Source: an uncultured virus (IMG/VR IMGVR_UViG_3300000115_000011)
Lineage: Duplodnaviria > Heunggongvirae > Uroviricota > Caudoviricetes
Virus record (IMG/VR): IMGVR_UViG_3300000115_000011
DNA length: 64,000 bases
Strand: one strand, 5' to 3'
Shown: piece after piece, positions 19,576 to 28,765 of the stretch
Position numbering within the stretch: position 1 is the stretch's first letter
Layout of the letters: each line of letters starts with the position of its first letter
The notes under the pieces: model-generated
Seen by the model: only the letters and a program-made list of their open reading frames with translations
Databases searched by the model: none
What the model was told of the DNA's origin: nothing
Made by a program: the position numbers and the translations under genes

Positions 19576-21168
19576 TTAATACCCTACACCCGTTTGAGCG
19601 GCTTTAAACTGTCTGATGTTGACCACGGTGCGGCCATAATTCCTAGGCATCCTGCGGTACATTTCGCACGCAATGGCATAAGACATAACTCGGTCATCGT
19701 AATAACCCTGCCTTGAGTTAGTGCTGCCGTTTGCATGAACAACGTAGGTTTCCATTTCGTCAATCGTTTCTAAACAGCGGATGCCAGATTCAGAGTCTCG
19801 AGTGATGGATGCGAGGTTATCTATGATTAAAGGTTTTGAACGTGATGTGGTCAGCCATCCAATCTTCTTGAACTGCTTACCATCGTATTCCCGCTCTAAC
19901 TCTTCTTGCATGTAAAGGTTGGGGTAACCTTTATTCTTTAATATCGTCAGTGTGGTGAGTCCGTGGTTGTTACGCTCGACACCCATAAAGGCTCTTCGGT
20001 ACAACATACCCAATGCATACAATAGGTCTCCGAAATGATCAGGAGAAATCTTTCCATGCCACTGGGCAACTTGGTCACCATTCTCATCAAGGACATCTGC
20101 ACAAGAGAAGTCCCCTTTGTCTAAACCTTCTGCTACGTCAGCTCCGATCACATAACGCTTGTTTGATTGAGGGGCTTCCCAGACTCTTAAACAGCCATCC
20201 TCTTTTTCAATCAATGTTTGTGATTCAATCTGAAGGTCAGCTGTCATCGTTGGGGAGTAACATTCATCTCTTGCGGCCATAAGCCATGTAGATACGAACA
20301 CACTTCGACCCGAGGAAATGAAAGCCTCGTTCGCTGAAATCGGATACTCTTGTCGAAACAACTCATCAGAGCGTAGCTCCATGATTTTATTGCGCCGCCA
20401 GTAAAGCTGATTGTTTGTTAAGCCTAAGCTCTCAACCATCTGCTCTTCTTGTTTAGTTCTTACAAAGTCTACTGGGCATAACATCACATACTCAGGTTGC
20501 CAGAACCACGGCACAAAGATGAGTTGATAGTTACCCTCACCGCGTTGAGCTGCTTGAACCATCTCGTAGAAAACACCACCAACACCGTTGGCTGTTGACT
20601 CGAGAATAACTTCAGTACCAGACTCAGAAGGAACCGCTTGCAAGACGCCAGCTAAATGCTCTTCACCATTGGGCCAGAAGCCAACTTCTGATCCATGAAA
20701 TAATTGTAGGGTTTGAGATCGGCCTACCGCTTTGTTACCCGCAGTACCCACCTTATAACCAGAATCGATCTTGTCGAACATGAGTTCTTTAGCATTAGAG
20801 CTTGAGACCGATGGTGCGAAAGGATTGCCATCATGATAACGGCGTACCATGTCAAACAAGTTGGCAGTGGCTTCATGCTCATGGGTCAAGATGAATGCAC
20901 GCTTACCTCGGTTCTGACTCACCTTGTGGTAGAAACGAGCTTCAGTGTAGGTGGAACATCCTTGCTGACGGCCTTTAAGAATTAATGCTCTGACCATTCC
21001 AGTCTTAGATAGCTGTTCCTCACACTTTTTATGAATGTAGTGCTGAGCTTTGTTAAGCTCGAATCTTTTCTCATCACCCTTCTTTGTTCTGATGTTCAAA
21101 CATGACTTAGCGAAGTAAGGGAAGTTAGTCTTTAACGCCCGAAGCTTTTTTTGTTCTGCCGGTGTCAT
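19576..21168 (-). CDS. terL: Terminase large subunit
   Basis: ILKGRQQG.ST Walker A, LFHGSEVGFW Walker B region, ESTANG coupling motif, IGADVAEG nuclease Asp, DDRVMS. Confidence 0.95.
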   Translation of the reverse strand: MTPAEQKKLRALKTNFPYFAKSCLNIRTKKGDEKRFELNKAQHYIHKKCEEQLSKTGMVRALILKGRQQGCSTYTEARFYHKVSQNRGKRAFILTHEHEATANLFDMVRRYHDGNPFAPSVSSSNAKELMFDKIDSGYKVGTAGNKAVGRSQTLQLFHGSEVGFWPNGEEHLAGVLQAVPSESGTEVILESTANGVGGVFYEMVQAAQRGEGNYQLIFVPWFWQPEYVMLCPVDFVRTKQEEQMVESLGLTNNQLYWRRNKIMELRSDELFRQEYPISANEAFISSGRSVFVSTWLMAARDECYSPTMTADLQIESQTLIEKEDGCLRVWEAPQSNKRYVIGADVAEGLDKGDFSCADVLDENGDQVAQWHGKISPDHFGDLLYALGMLYRRAFMGVERNNHGLTTLTILKNKGYPNLYMQEELEREYDGKQFKKIGWLTTSRSKPLIIDNLASITRDSESGIRCLETIDEMETYVVHANGSTNSRQGYYDDRVMSYAIACEMYRRMPRNYGRTVVNIRQFKAAQTGVGY

Positions 21169-21854
21169 ATCTTATCAATGTCATCAACTGACGATACTGA
21201 TGGCGCTTGTGTGAACTCACCCTCAATAGCAAACTCTGAGTCATCATCTAAAGAAGGTAGGTCAGCGATAACAGATTCAATGGCTACCCTAGAGTCCACG
21301 GTTTTCTTATCAGTGAACATGGCAAGGTGACGGCCTAACTGAGTCCAAGCAGTGACCCTAGATCCGGGCGAACCGAACTCCATGTCCTTTGCCTCTTTGA
21401 TAAGACCACGGACGACCATCTCTTCGTCTATCAGTGACTTTTCTTTAAGCTCAGTCATTCGCTCTTGCATAAATAACCTTGAATGATGTTTGTTTAATAT
21501 CTTAACGGCGACTTTTTTCTGGATGATCTGCGCTGCTTCCATCGCACGAGAAAGATTAAAGTCAACCATATAAGACATTAGGAAATGTTCTTGTCGCACG
21601 GTAAGCAATGTCCCTGTCTCTTCAAGGATCTGGCCACCGTGTCTTTGCTGTGCGCTCTTTAGTCCATTACGAGAACACCAGCGTTTGAATTTTTCTTTGC
21701 GCCGATCTTCTTTCGCCTTGTGTTCAGCGATGATAGCGTCTTCTTCCTTCTCTCTTTTAAGTCTGACAGACCAAGCTTTCTTTTCTTCAGAGGTTAAAGG
21801 AGTTTCTCGTTTCTTAGCGCCGCTTCGGCTTTGGACTGAGTATTGGTCAGCCAT
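21165..21854 (-). CDS. terS: Terminase small subunit
   Basis: LT.RQE.F...Y..DFN..RA HTH and A...LGRHLAMFTDK; overlaps the terL start. Confidence 0.85.
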   Translation of the reverse strand: MADQYSVQSRSGAKKRETPLTSEEKKAWSVRLKREKEEDAIIAEHKAKEDRRKEKFKRWCSRNGLKSAQQRHGGQILEETGTLLTVRQEHFLMSYMVDFNLSRAMEAAQIIQKKVAVKILNKHHSRLFMQERMTELKEKSLIDEEMVVRGLIKEAKDMEFGSPGSRVTAWTQLGRHLAMFTDKKTVDSRVAIESVIADLPSLDDDSEFAIEGEFTQAPSVSSVDDIDKI

Positions 21855-21888
21855 TTGGCCTCCAACATAAGATTTTGTTTGCGGATAT

Positions 21889-21923
21889 AAAAATCCCCGC
21901 TCGGCTTAGGAAGACGGCGGGGA
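21889..21923 (-). terminator. tR'-like terminator in the late leader
   Basis: Minus strand TCCCCGC...GCGGGGA followed by TTTTT, between the putative promoter and terS. Confidence 0.65.
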
Positions 21924-22009
21924 AGACTGCAACGATCTAGGAGGAAATCGCTTAGCTAGTTCTTCATTACTGAAGAGATTCAGCCACTACGCCTGAATCT
22001 ATTCCCTTT

Positions 22010-22036
22010 ATTATAGTGTCGTGCGCACTCCGTCAA
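22010..22036 (-). promoter_or_regulatory. Putative sigma70 late promoter (pR'-like)
   Basis: Minus strand TTGACG-N15-TATAAT; the spacer is shorter than the optimal 17. Confidence 0.5.
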
Positions 22037-22347
22037 CCCAATATATTAAAAAACTCTATTTATTTCATGAGATTGGGGGGGGTAACTAACCATGCAGTAT
22101 ATTTGGAGTTAGTTACCCCTAATCCTAGGAGATTAGTGCTTGTCACTAAGTGTAGTGAAACGTATATAAGCGTAGGTATTCGGCAGAGGCGCAGCATTTT
22201 ATGAATTACCCTGATTAATGGCACAATCGGCAGGGAATTACGTCCCTAAATGATGGTGATTTTTGGGGGTCATACTGAGGGGAGATGATGTGGGGTTTTT
22301 GGGGGGATTAAGCAGAAGCGCAGTAACCAGTACAAAAAATAACACCG

Positions 22348-22534
22348 ACCTGTTCGCGTGCTGGACAGGTACCTGTTCGCGTGCTGGACAGGTCGCTACT
22401 TATGTTAGTGGTTACTAACCTTGTAGACCAAGTGTTTACGCGGGTTTAGCTAATTTGGTAAAGACAATCAATACAACCCCGACCTGTTCGCCTGCTGGAC
22501 AGGTACTTTCGACCTGTTCGCGTGCTGGACAGGT
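22348..22534. repeat. Four 23-bp direct repeats ACCTGTTCGC(G/C)TGCTGGACAGGT, each an imperfect palindrome (iteron-like)
   Basis: Copies at 22348, 22371, 22482 and 22512. Confidence 0.95.
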
Positions 22535-22731
22535 AAACGCCCTAATCAGCCCATAATCTCAGTATTTTGGTTAGTATCTCCTAACCTGCTAGACCAAGTT
22601 GTTTTGCGGCTTCAGCGTATGGCGCAGAGGATCGTAATCCCAACCCATCAGGTAGCTAAACTTACTATGTGTTTCAGAATGCCACTATGTTAGTGGACAC
22701 TAACCTGAGAGACCAAGTGTTTACGGGGTTT
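22401..22731. repeat. Three ~45-bp degenerate repeats GTTAGT..CTAACCT...AGACCAAGT(T)GTTT.CG
   Basis: Copies near 22401, 22569 and 22685, interleaved with the 23-bp repeats. Confidence 0.85.
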
Positions 22732-23604
22732 CTCTCTTGCTCTGGGGGATTTTAAAATCGGCAAGAGGCCAAACGCAGGAGATTTGCCAGAAAATAACGC
22801 CACATCCCAGCAACCACAAGGGATAGCGTCCATTTGTTAGGTTAATAATCCCTAGAGATTTAAAAGTCTCCCACTCTACCTTGTTAAAAAAAAAAGAATT
22901 ACTTCGTAACAAGAAAAGAAAAAGCCGGAATGCTGACGCAATCCTGAGCTGGCGAAAACGCCATCCCGATCCAGAGTTTTTACGAAATAAAATTACGTCC
23001 ATTCGATGGGTGGATTTAAACCCTGTTGGACGACCAAACATTCCGTGGGGAATTTTTTAAAATTTTTTTTGGGGACTATCCAACTCACAAATTGCCCTAC
23101 TCTGAGCAGTATTACCAATCACTAGGACGGAAATACTACAGATATGTAGCAGGAAGGGGTCAAATCGTTCGCTCACAGCACGTTTAAACAAATCTGATGC
23201 CAACATATAGGGTCGAACACAAACGCCCCTTAGAATCTTTCGTAGGAGCGAAATTAAATACTACCACAATAAAGCCAGCACCTTATATACACACCCTGAA
23301 AAAACACACCACCAGCTAGCACAAGCCAATTCTGTACAAATCGCACCCAAAGCCCCACCACACCTACGTTTCAGTGACGAGCTAGGAATTTTTCATAGAG
23401 GGAATTTTTTTTTGGGGTAATTTTTTTGGGAGTTGTCCCAACTTTTGGGAAAAATGGTTCTAGTTTTCGAGGGGGTCTTTAAATAGACACACCCCACCTT
23501 GCGTGAGTTACGCCCGTTTGCCCCATACCCCCCTCCAGCATACGGTTTTGCCCTAGTCTAGGTCGTTTAGGATTTAGAAGATCGAAGGAGATAGGCGAAG
23601 TTAG

Positions 23605-23619
23605 TCCGGATCATCCGGA
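23605..23619. repeat. Palindrome TCCGGATCATCCGGA, copy 1
   Basis: Intergenic, ~100 bp upstream of the first early gene. Confidence 0.95.
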
Positions 23620-23715
23620 GTTAAAAGCATTTGGCAACGAGCCGCATAATCTCCAGTAAGGCATTATAAGTTATCAGCCGAGCAATCATGCAGAGCGATA
23701 CAAGGAATCAAGATT

Positions 23716-24360
23716 ATGACTAAGTTATTCAAGTTGACCACCAAGAACATCACCGACATCAAGAGCGCTATTGACACCAATGGCAAGTTGGAAACCGCCA
23801 TCGGCAACCACCGCGCAAATTTTTACGTCACTTTAACGGGCATGTTTCAAGCCTCGGGCGTAGAAATGGATGTCTTTAAGGCCGCCATTGCAACGGGTTT
23901 AAATGCCTACTTTGGACGCGCTGACCGCCAAACCGAGGCTCAGGTAAAAGCGAAGGCTAAGCCTATGCCGCAGGTAGTCATTGATTGGGCTGGACGCGTG
24001 CAACAGACCGTCACCCTTGGTATCAAGCCCGCGACCATCAAAACCATGAGTGAGGGCGAAATGAAGAAGGAAATCGCCCTAGTCAAGGCCGCCGCGAAAC
24101 AAGGCGTAACACGCGCCGCAATCGTCAAGGCCGCAGGTGGCGCGAAAGCACCGCTGAAGGCCGTAGAAAAAGCGATCAAGGCCGCCACGATCAAGGCCGA
24201 CCCCAGTGCAGAAAAGGAGCGCATCGCACTGGCAGAACTTGTGGGAGCGATCAGGTCGCACATGGCCAGCCTAGACCATGCCGGCCGCATGACTTACATG
24301 GCCAGCCTAGTGACCACTGCTAAGGCTAACCCAGCAGAGGCCGCAGCCGCGAACTTCTAA
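23716..24360 (+). CDS. First early gene; Ala/Lys-rich basic protein of unknown function
   Basis: AAGGA RBS; 214 aa; visibly GC-rich codons (GCC, AAG, ATC). Confidence 0.75.
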   Translation: MTKLFKLTTKNITDIKSAIDTNGKLETAIGNHRANFYVTLTGMFQASGVEMDVFKAAIATGLNAYFGRADRQTEAQVKAKAKPMPQVVIDWAGRVQQTVTLGIKPATIKTMSEGEMKKEIALVKAAAKQGVTRAAIVKAAGGAKAPLKAVEKAIKAATIKADPSAEKERIALAELVGAIRSHMASLDHAGRMTYMASLVTTAKANPAEAAAANF

Positions 24361-24468
24361 AGCCCCCAAGAAACAGCTCTCTTAATTGAGGGTTGTTTTG
24401 TTTAGGCGATTAATTCCCCTAGTCACCTAAACAAAACGACCGTAATTAAACCACTGGAGATTGACCCT

Positions 24469-24720
24469 ATGAAATTCATTAACACTAAAACCACCATCGC
24501 CACCATCGACCGCGAACTGGCCGCCTACAAAGAGGGCGCTCAAATCATGAATCATTTTTTGTTGATTGCAAGCGACCGCATCAAAGAGCAAAGCAAAACC
24601 ATTGCAGAGCTTGAGCGCGAGGTATCAGACCTGAAGCACTCTCTTGAGATGGTCTCAATCGATAGTCAATCGTCCCTAGACATTACAAAACGTGCTCTTG
24701 CTCTGGAGGTGGCGTCATGA
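24469..24720 (+). CDS. Hypothetical coiled-coil protein
   Basis: GGAG RBS; ATGA overlap with the next gene. Confidence 0.65.
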   Translation: MKFINTKTTIATIDRELAAYKEGAQIMNHFLLIASDRIKEQSKTIAELEREVSDLKHSLEMVSIDSQSSLDITKRALALEVAS

Positions 24721-25241
24721 TTTCTATTCGCAACCAGATGATGGCACTGCTTCCAGATATGAAGCCCATTTCTACTCCGGATCATCCGGTGCAGGGAACC
24801 CACTCCAAACCCAGAGGTCGTGCTTATGGCGACTTCTCAGACACCACCATTGACGGGTATAACCAAACCCGAATGGGGTATGAATTTGAGTCCTATTGCA
24901 TCCCAGAATGGGTGCTAGCAGGCCCATGGAAGCACCACAGGGTGCAGATAGTCAAAGCCTGCCCTGCCACATGGTCTAGAGTTAATCAGTTTGGCGACAA
25001 GGTATACAAGCAACGCGCTTGTACCTTCGGACAGAGTGCCCAGCACAGCCGGTTGGGTGATGATTATAAAGGCATGGAGCTGAGTAACTTATACGCATCC
25101 AAGTTATTAGTTCAGGATACATTCAAGGAGCTAATTAAGTTACTTCCCTCTCCAAAGGGTCAACGATTAGATCAAAAGTATAAGAAGAGTTTACAACGAG
25201 TCCACTTAGTGTGGGAACCGAAGCAAAAGGAGAAGTCATAA
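24717..25241 (+). CDS. Hypothetical protein
   Basis: GGAGG RBS; translationally coupled. Confidence 0.6.
   Translation: MISIRNQMMALLPDMKPISTPDHPVQGTHSKPRGRAYGDFSDTTIDGYNQTRMGYEFESYCIPEWVLAGPWKHHRVQIVKACPATWSRVNQFGDKVYKQRACTFGQSAQHSRLGDDYKGMELSNLYASKLLVQDTFKELIKLLPSPKGQRLDQKYKKSLQRVHLVWEPKQKEKS
24776..24790. repeat. Palindrome copy 2 (TCCGGATCATCCGGT), inside CDS
   Basis: Encodes part of TPDHPV in 24717..25241. Confidence 0.95.
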
Positions 25242-25456
25242 TGAGTGATTGTCAAGAGCGGGAAATAGATCAATCCATAAGGGCCGATGTGTATCAGGAG
25301 AACGGGTACAAGAATCGTACAGAGTATTTATCGTCATTGGCTTGGGAACATGAGGTCTCGATAGAGACGGTTCATCAGTACGCATATTTACTGGGGCCAT
25401 CAGAGGATTTTGATGGGCTGGTGGCGGTATTGATGGTGAAGAGGGGTGACGTATGA
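25241..25456 (+). CDS. Conserved small phage hypothetical protein
   Basis: Y.ENGY.NR.EYL..LA...LGPSEDFDGLV motif; ATG at 25241 after GGAG. Confidence 0.7.
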   Translation: MSDCQEREIDQSIRADVYQENGYKNRTEYLSSLAWEHEVSIETVHQYAYLLGPSEDFDGLVAVLMVKRGDV

Positions 25457-25650
25457 ATCAATATATGAAGTGGAACCATGGGTTCGTTAGCCATGCAATA
25501 GCTCAGTATGAGGAGGAGCAGCTGATTAACCTCAAGAGTATGGAGAGGTATAGGGGTGTGATTGAGGATCCTGATTACAGGTCTGCATCACCCACATTTA
25601 AAGAACGGGTGATATTGTCTGACCAAACATATTTGGAGTGGATTACTTGA
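25453..25650 (+). CDS. Hypothetical protein
   Basis: Coupled ATGA start. Confidence 0.55.
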   Translation: MNQYMKWNHGFVSHAIAQYEEEQLINLKSMERYRGVIEDPDYRSASPTFKERVILSDQTYLEWIT

Positions 25651-25670
25651 CACCCCAGGAATTACATTGA

Positions 25671-25703
25671 AAAGCCTAGCAGTTAATCTTGCTGGGTTTT
25701 TTT
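25671..25703 (+). terminator. Intrinsic terminator
   Basis: AAAGCCTAGCAG-loop-TTGCTGGGTTT followed by a T-run. Confidence 0.75.
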
Positions 25704-25931
25704 ATGTCTATTGATTTTGTGTGGGTCAAACGACAGGGCTTTGTGTGTGTTAGAGCTTTGTCGTTTGCTTATATCTGTATAGGACAGAATGGCACTTGCC
25801 GATTTTTGGGGGCCGGTGGATATAAAGTCTTCAGAAGGGGTAAATGGGGTGTTGGCGTAGTCGTGTAGCCAGTACCTATAGTACCGTGAATCGCCTTGAT
25901 AGTCAATGGCGGTGCGGGTTTAACTACTAAG

Positions 25932-25946
25932 TCCGGATCATCCGGA
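25932..25946. repeat. Palindrome copy 3, overlapping an RBS
   Basis: TCCGGATCATCCGGA-GGAG-AACAAC-ATG. Confidence 0.95.
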
Positions 25947-25956
25947 GGAGAACAAC

Positions 25957-26151
25957 ATGATAAAACAAGAATTGATTGACGAGGCATTGAGTCGGGTAAT
26001 TGTTGACGTATTTGTAGGTGACATCACCGCTATTCAGGAGTTACTTAGACTTACACCCCGAAAAATACTATTAGGTTTCCTAGATGAAGAGAGAGCGGCA
26101 GAACTTAAACTCCGTCTGGATAACCCATTCCCTACGGAGGACAAGTCATGA
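25957..26151 (+). CDS. Hypothetical protein
   Basis: GGAGGAG RBS; GD.TAI.ELL motif. Confidence 0.65.
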   Translation: MIKQELIDEALSRVIVDVFVGDITAIQELLRLTPRKILLGFLDEERAAELKLRLDNPFPTEDKS

Positions 26152-26303
26152 ACAGACAGACAAAAATGGAATTGAAAAGAGAGTTAGCGATACTCGGATG
26201 GAGCATCGTCAAGGCAATGTTCTTTTGCTTCTTCGTCCTCGCCCTATCATGGTCACTGGTAACAGTGGCTGTGACGTTCCAGATAATTCAGATAGGAGGT
26301 TAA
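26148..26303 (+). CDS. 51-aa predicted membrane peptide (not in ORF track)
   Basis: MNRQTKMELKRELAILGWSIVKAMFFCFFVLALSWSLVTVAVTFQIIQIGG; GGAGG RBS, ATGA overlap. Confidence 0.55.
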   Translation: MNRQTKMELKRELAILGWSIVKAMFFCFFVLALSWSLVTVAVTFQIIQIGG

Positions 26304-26305
26304 GT

Positions 26306-26527
26306 ATGTGTAATACATGCCCGACTAAATGTAATGCCGAAGTGGTGCAGTATGTACCGCTAGGCTATCACCACAAGGAAGTAATCTCTAAGTGTGGTAG
26401 CACTGGCCACACTGGAGAAGAACTTAGGTGTGATCGATGCGAGAACATCAAGCCTTGGTACATATGTGAGGGCTGCGGCTCTGACATCAGCGAATATGAC
26501 TGCCCTCGTGGCTGTGGAGAACAATAA
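26306..26527 (+). CDS. Cys-rich putative zinc-binding protein
   Basis: GGAGG RBS before ATG 26306; multiple CxxC/CxxxC motifs. Confidence 0.6.
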   Translation: MCNTCPTKCNAEVVQYVPLGYHHKEVISKCGSTGHTGEELRCDRCENIKPWYICEGCGSDISEYDCPRGCGEQ

Positions 26528-26928
26528 TGATTTCATATGCAGATAAGTACAGCCAAGTAATAGTATCTCAAACTCTAGAATCTGAGAGTGCAGAGTATGA
26601 GGCAGCAAAACGAAACCCATACGGAGAAATTAATCCGAACAAGTTTCTTCAGTCCATCATCAACTGGAAGACTAACATAAGTCATCTCGACTATATCCTC
26701 TGGGTATCTCCTATCAATGTAACCGAGGATGGAGTCGCCTATGAAATAGATTGGGGTACTCACATCCATTCGGTCGTATCTTCAAGTGAGAAATGCTTGG
26801 TTGAATATGTCGATGATGAATTGTTCAAGGTGACCGCACCTGTTGGGGGTGAAAGACGTTTCGCAATGCGAGGAGGGTTTATTAACAATTCCAACACTCT
26901 CGTACCAAGCTGGGGGTCACACTCATGA
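26527..26928 (+). CDS. Hypothetical protein
   Basis: Coupled TAATG start with GGAG RBS. Confidence 0.6.
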   Translation: MISYADKYSQVIVSQTLESESAEYEAAKRNPYGEINPNKFLQSIINWKTNISHLDYILWVSPINVTEDGVAYEIDWGTHIHSVVSSSEKCLVEYVDDELFKVTAPVGGERRFAMRGGFINNSNTLVPSWGSHS

Positions 26929-27518
26929 GGGAAGAAACGATCACTATCTATAACTACTCTGAGCTGTCGGATAAGGCTAAGGAAAATGCCTATGAAAACT
27001 TCGTGATGAATAATGAGCACCACTTTGCAGAGGAAGGTATGGATACCCTCATATCTTTTCTTAAATGGTCTGGCATAAGCATAGGTAGATACGAGATAGG
27101 TGCCTATCAATATAGCTATATCAGAACGGATATACCTGAAGATTGTCAGGAGGAAATACGAACCATGGAGGTCGAGTGTCGCCTACTAGGTCTTGATGAA
27201 CAGGATACAGAGGACAGACTCTTACAATCGTTTGACCAAATGCAGATAGATATAAATCATCTCTCACCAAATCACCCAGATGAGAGTCTAAATCACTGGG
27301 GCAGTGGGTGGTGCATGACTGACGATATCATTCACTACTGGGATACACACTTGAAAGAAAACCCTCTCGATAACATCGGTGCGCTTCATGCTGTGGTTGA
27401 TGGAGCACTATCTCAAATGGTAGCCGACTTGGAGCATCAAGATTCGAGGGAATACTTCGAGGAGGTTATGCAAGATTATCATCAGAATGAGTACCTAGAA
27501 GACGGAACCCTACACTAA
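26925..27518 (+). CDS. Acidic conserved hypothetical protein (Y..SELSD.AKE.A family)
   Basis: N-terminal TIY.YSELSDKAKENA and C-terminal EY.EDG motifs common in phage and plasmid early regions. Confidence 0.7.
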   Translation: MREETITIYNYSELSDKAKENAYENFVMNNEHHFAEEGMDTLISFLKWSGISIGRYEIGAYQYSYIRTDIPEDCQEEIRTMEVECRLLGLDEQDTEDRLLQSFDQMQIDINHLSPNHPDESLNHWGSGWCMTDDIIHYWDTHLKENPLDNIGALHAVVDGALSQMVADLEHQDSREYFEEVMQDYHQNEYLEDGTLH

Positions 27519-27519
27519 C

Positions 27520-27534
27520 TCCGGATCATCCGGT
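27520..27534. repeat. Palindrome copy 4, between stop codon and RBS
   Basis: TAAC-TCCGGATCATCCGGT-GGAG. Confidence 0.95.
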
Positions 27535-27546
27535 GGAGAAATCACT

Positions 27547-27747
27547 ATGGAAAACTTAAGACTAAGAAACGTACAGGTAGGTGGCATTTGCATGGCTGAC
27601 TACCCAGACTTCGTGGATGCGTATATCTCTTACGCAGAAGATTCTAATGGGAAAGCCTTGACTGATGAGCAGTTGGAGACCCTGACTAATGAGCATCAGG
27701 ATTTTGTGCAAGAGTGGGCGCACGATGAAATTATGGGGAGAGTGTAA
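27547..27747 (+). CDS. Small acidic conserved phage protein
   Basis: DYPDF.DAYI..A...G..LTDE.L motif. Confidence 0.7.
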   Translation: MENLRLRNVQVGGICMADYPDFVDAYISYAEDSNGKALTDEQLETLTNEHQDFVQEWAHDEIMGRV

Positions 27748-28073
27748 TGAAACTCTATGTGAACGAAAGCCGCACCCAATGGGCTGGTACTCAAGCGGAT
27801 GCCAAGAAAGAACTTGGTAAGTATGAGGCATTTGATGTGCCTGTGGATAAGTCTGGCTTGCTAGCGTTCCTCAATAAGGAGTCAGGATTTAACATAGATC
27901 CTGTTGAGGTTGAGCAGCAACCAGTGGTGACCAATCAACGTGACACACGCCCTCTTAATGACACTCTAGTGGGACGCTGTAACCTAGTTGAATTAAAGGA
28001 ACTGTCTACCATGATGAACGTACTTTTGAATCGTACATGGAACGACATGGATAAATTAACGGAGGACGTATGA
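27747..28073 (+). CDS. Hypothetical protein
   Basis: WAGTQADA...VPVDK.GL..FLN motif. Confidence 0.65.
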   Translation: MKLYVNESRTQWAGTQADAKKELGKYEAFDVPVDKSGLLAFLNKESGFNIDPVEVEQQPVVTNQRDTRPLNDTLVGRCNLVELKELSTMMNVLLNRTWNDMDKLTEDV

Positions 28074-28246
28074 AAACTTATACAGTTGTGTGGGAGGTAG
28101 AGTTAGATGCTGACAGTCACAGAGAAGCTGCTGAGGAAGCACGGAGTATGCAGTTAGATGCCTACTCTGAAGCTACGTTTTTCGATGTTACTTGTTTGGA
28201 TGCTAAAGGTAATGAAATTGAAATAGGAGTTGATTTAAATGGGTAA
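28070..28246 (+). CDS. 58-aa acidic protein (not in ORF track)
   Basis: MKTYTVVWEVELDADSHREAAEEARSMQLD...; GGAGG RBS; fills the gap exactly. Confidence 0.65.
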   Translation: MKTYTVVWEVELDADSHREAAEEARSMQLDAYSEATFFDVTCLDAKGNEIEIGVDLNG

Positions 28247-28577
28247 ATTAAGCAATCAGGAAGTAAGTAGCTACGTTAATAATCTTAAACCGTTCGAGAC
28301 CAATAGCGGTAGCATATTTTCAGATGGAGGTAGGGACAAAGGGTTATACGCTGTCTACTCCTACGGGTATCACTTCCCGATGTACGTCTACGACACTGCA
28401 TCTAAACAATGGTTCGGGAACCACGACAAATACAGCAACACCACCTCACGCCATCAGAATTGTGCCCAGCCTAGCGCCAAGATACATTGGATGGGAACCC
28501 GCGACATGAAGCTGCTCACTGCCGCCGGTTCCCTAGCTAGAAGGTGTGCCAATAGAATGAAAGGAGAAGCAGCATGA
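28239..28577 (+). CDS. Conserved phage hypothetical protein
   Basis: Y.VYSYG.HFP...W..N.DKYS.TTSRHQ motif. Confidence 0.7.
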   Translation: MGKLSNQEVSSYVNNLKPFETNSGSIFSDGGRDKGLYAVYSYGYHFPMYVYDTASKQWFGNHDKYSNTTSRHQNCAQPSAKIHWMGTRDMKLLTAAGSLARRCANRMKGEAA

Positions 28578-28765
28578 CATCTGATCAACTAAAACTTTTA
28601 GCGGCTGTTAACAATGCAGAGTTAGTGCTTAGAAAAACACGATCAGTCATAGAGGATGCAGAGGCGTCTATTAAATTTTGTAAATTAACTGAGAAGGTTT
28701 ACCTCAGAAAACTAAGGGCGTCTAAGGCAGCTTTAAGTAATAACAGGAAGGGAGCTTCAGTATGA
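28574..28765 (+). CDS. Hypothetical basic protein
   Basis: Coupled start, GGAG RBS. Confidence 0.55.
   Translation: MTSDQLKLLAAVNNAELVLRKTRSVIEDAEASIKFCKLTEKVYLRKLRASKAALSNNRKGASV

Noticed and set aside
22348..22534. CRISPR mini-array
   Set aside because: Gaps between repeats are 0, 88 and 7 bp rather than uniform spacers, and no cas genes are present.
22016..23041. ORFs 22016..22204 and 22721..23041
   Set aside because: No convincing RBS, low-complexity or homopolymer sequence, no protein-like motifs; region treated as non-coding.
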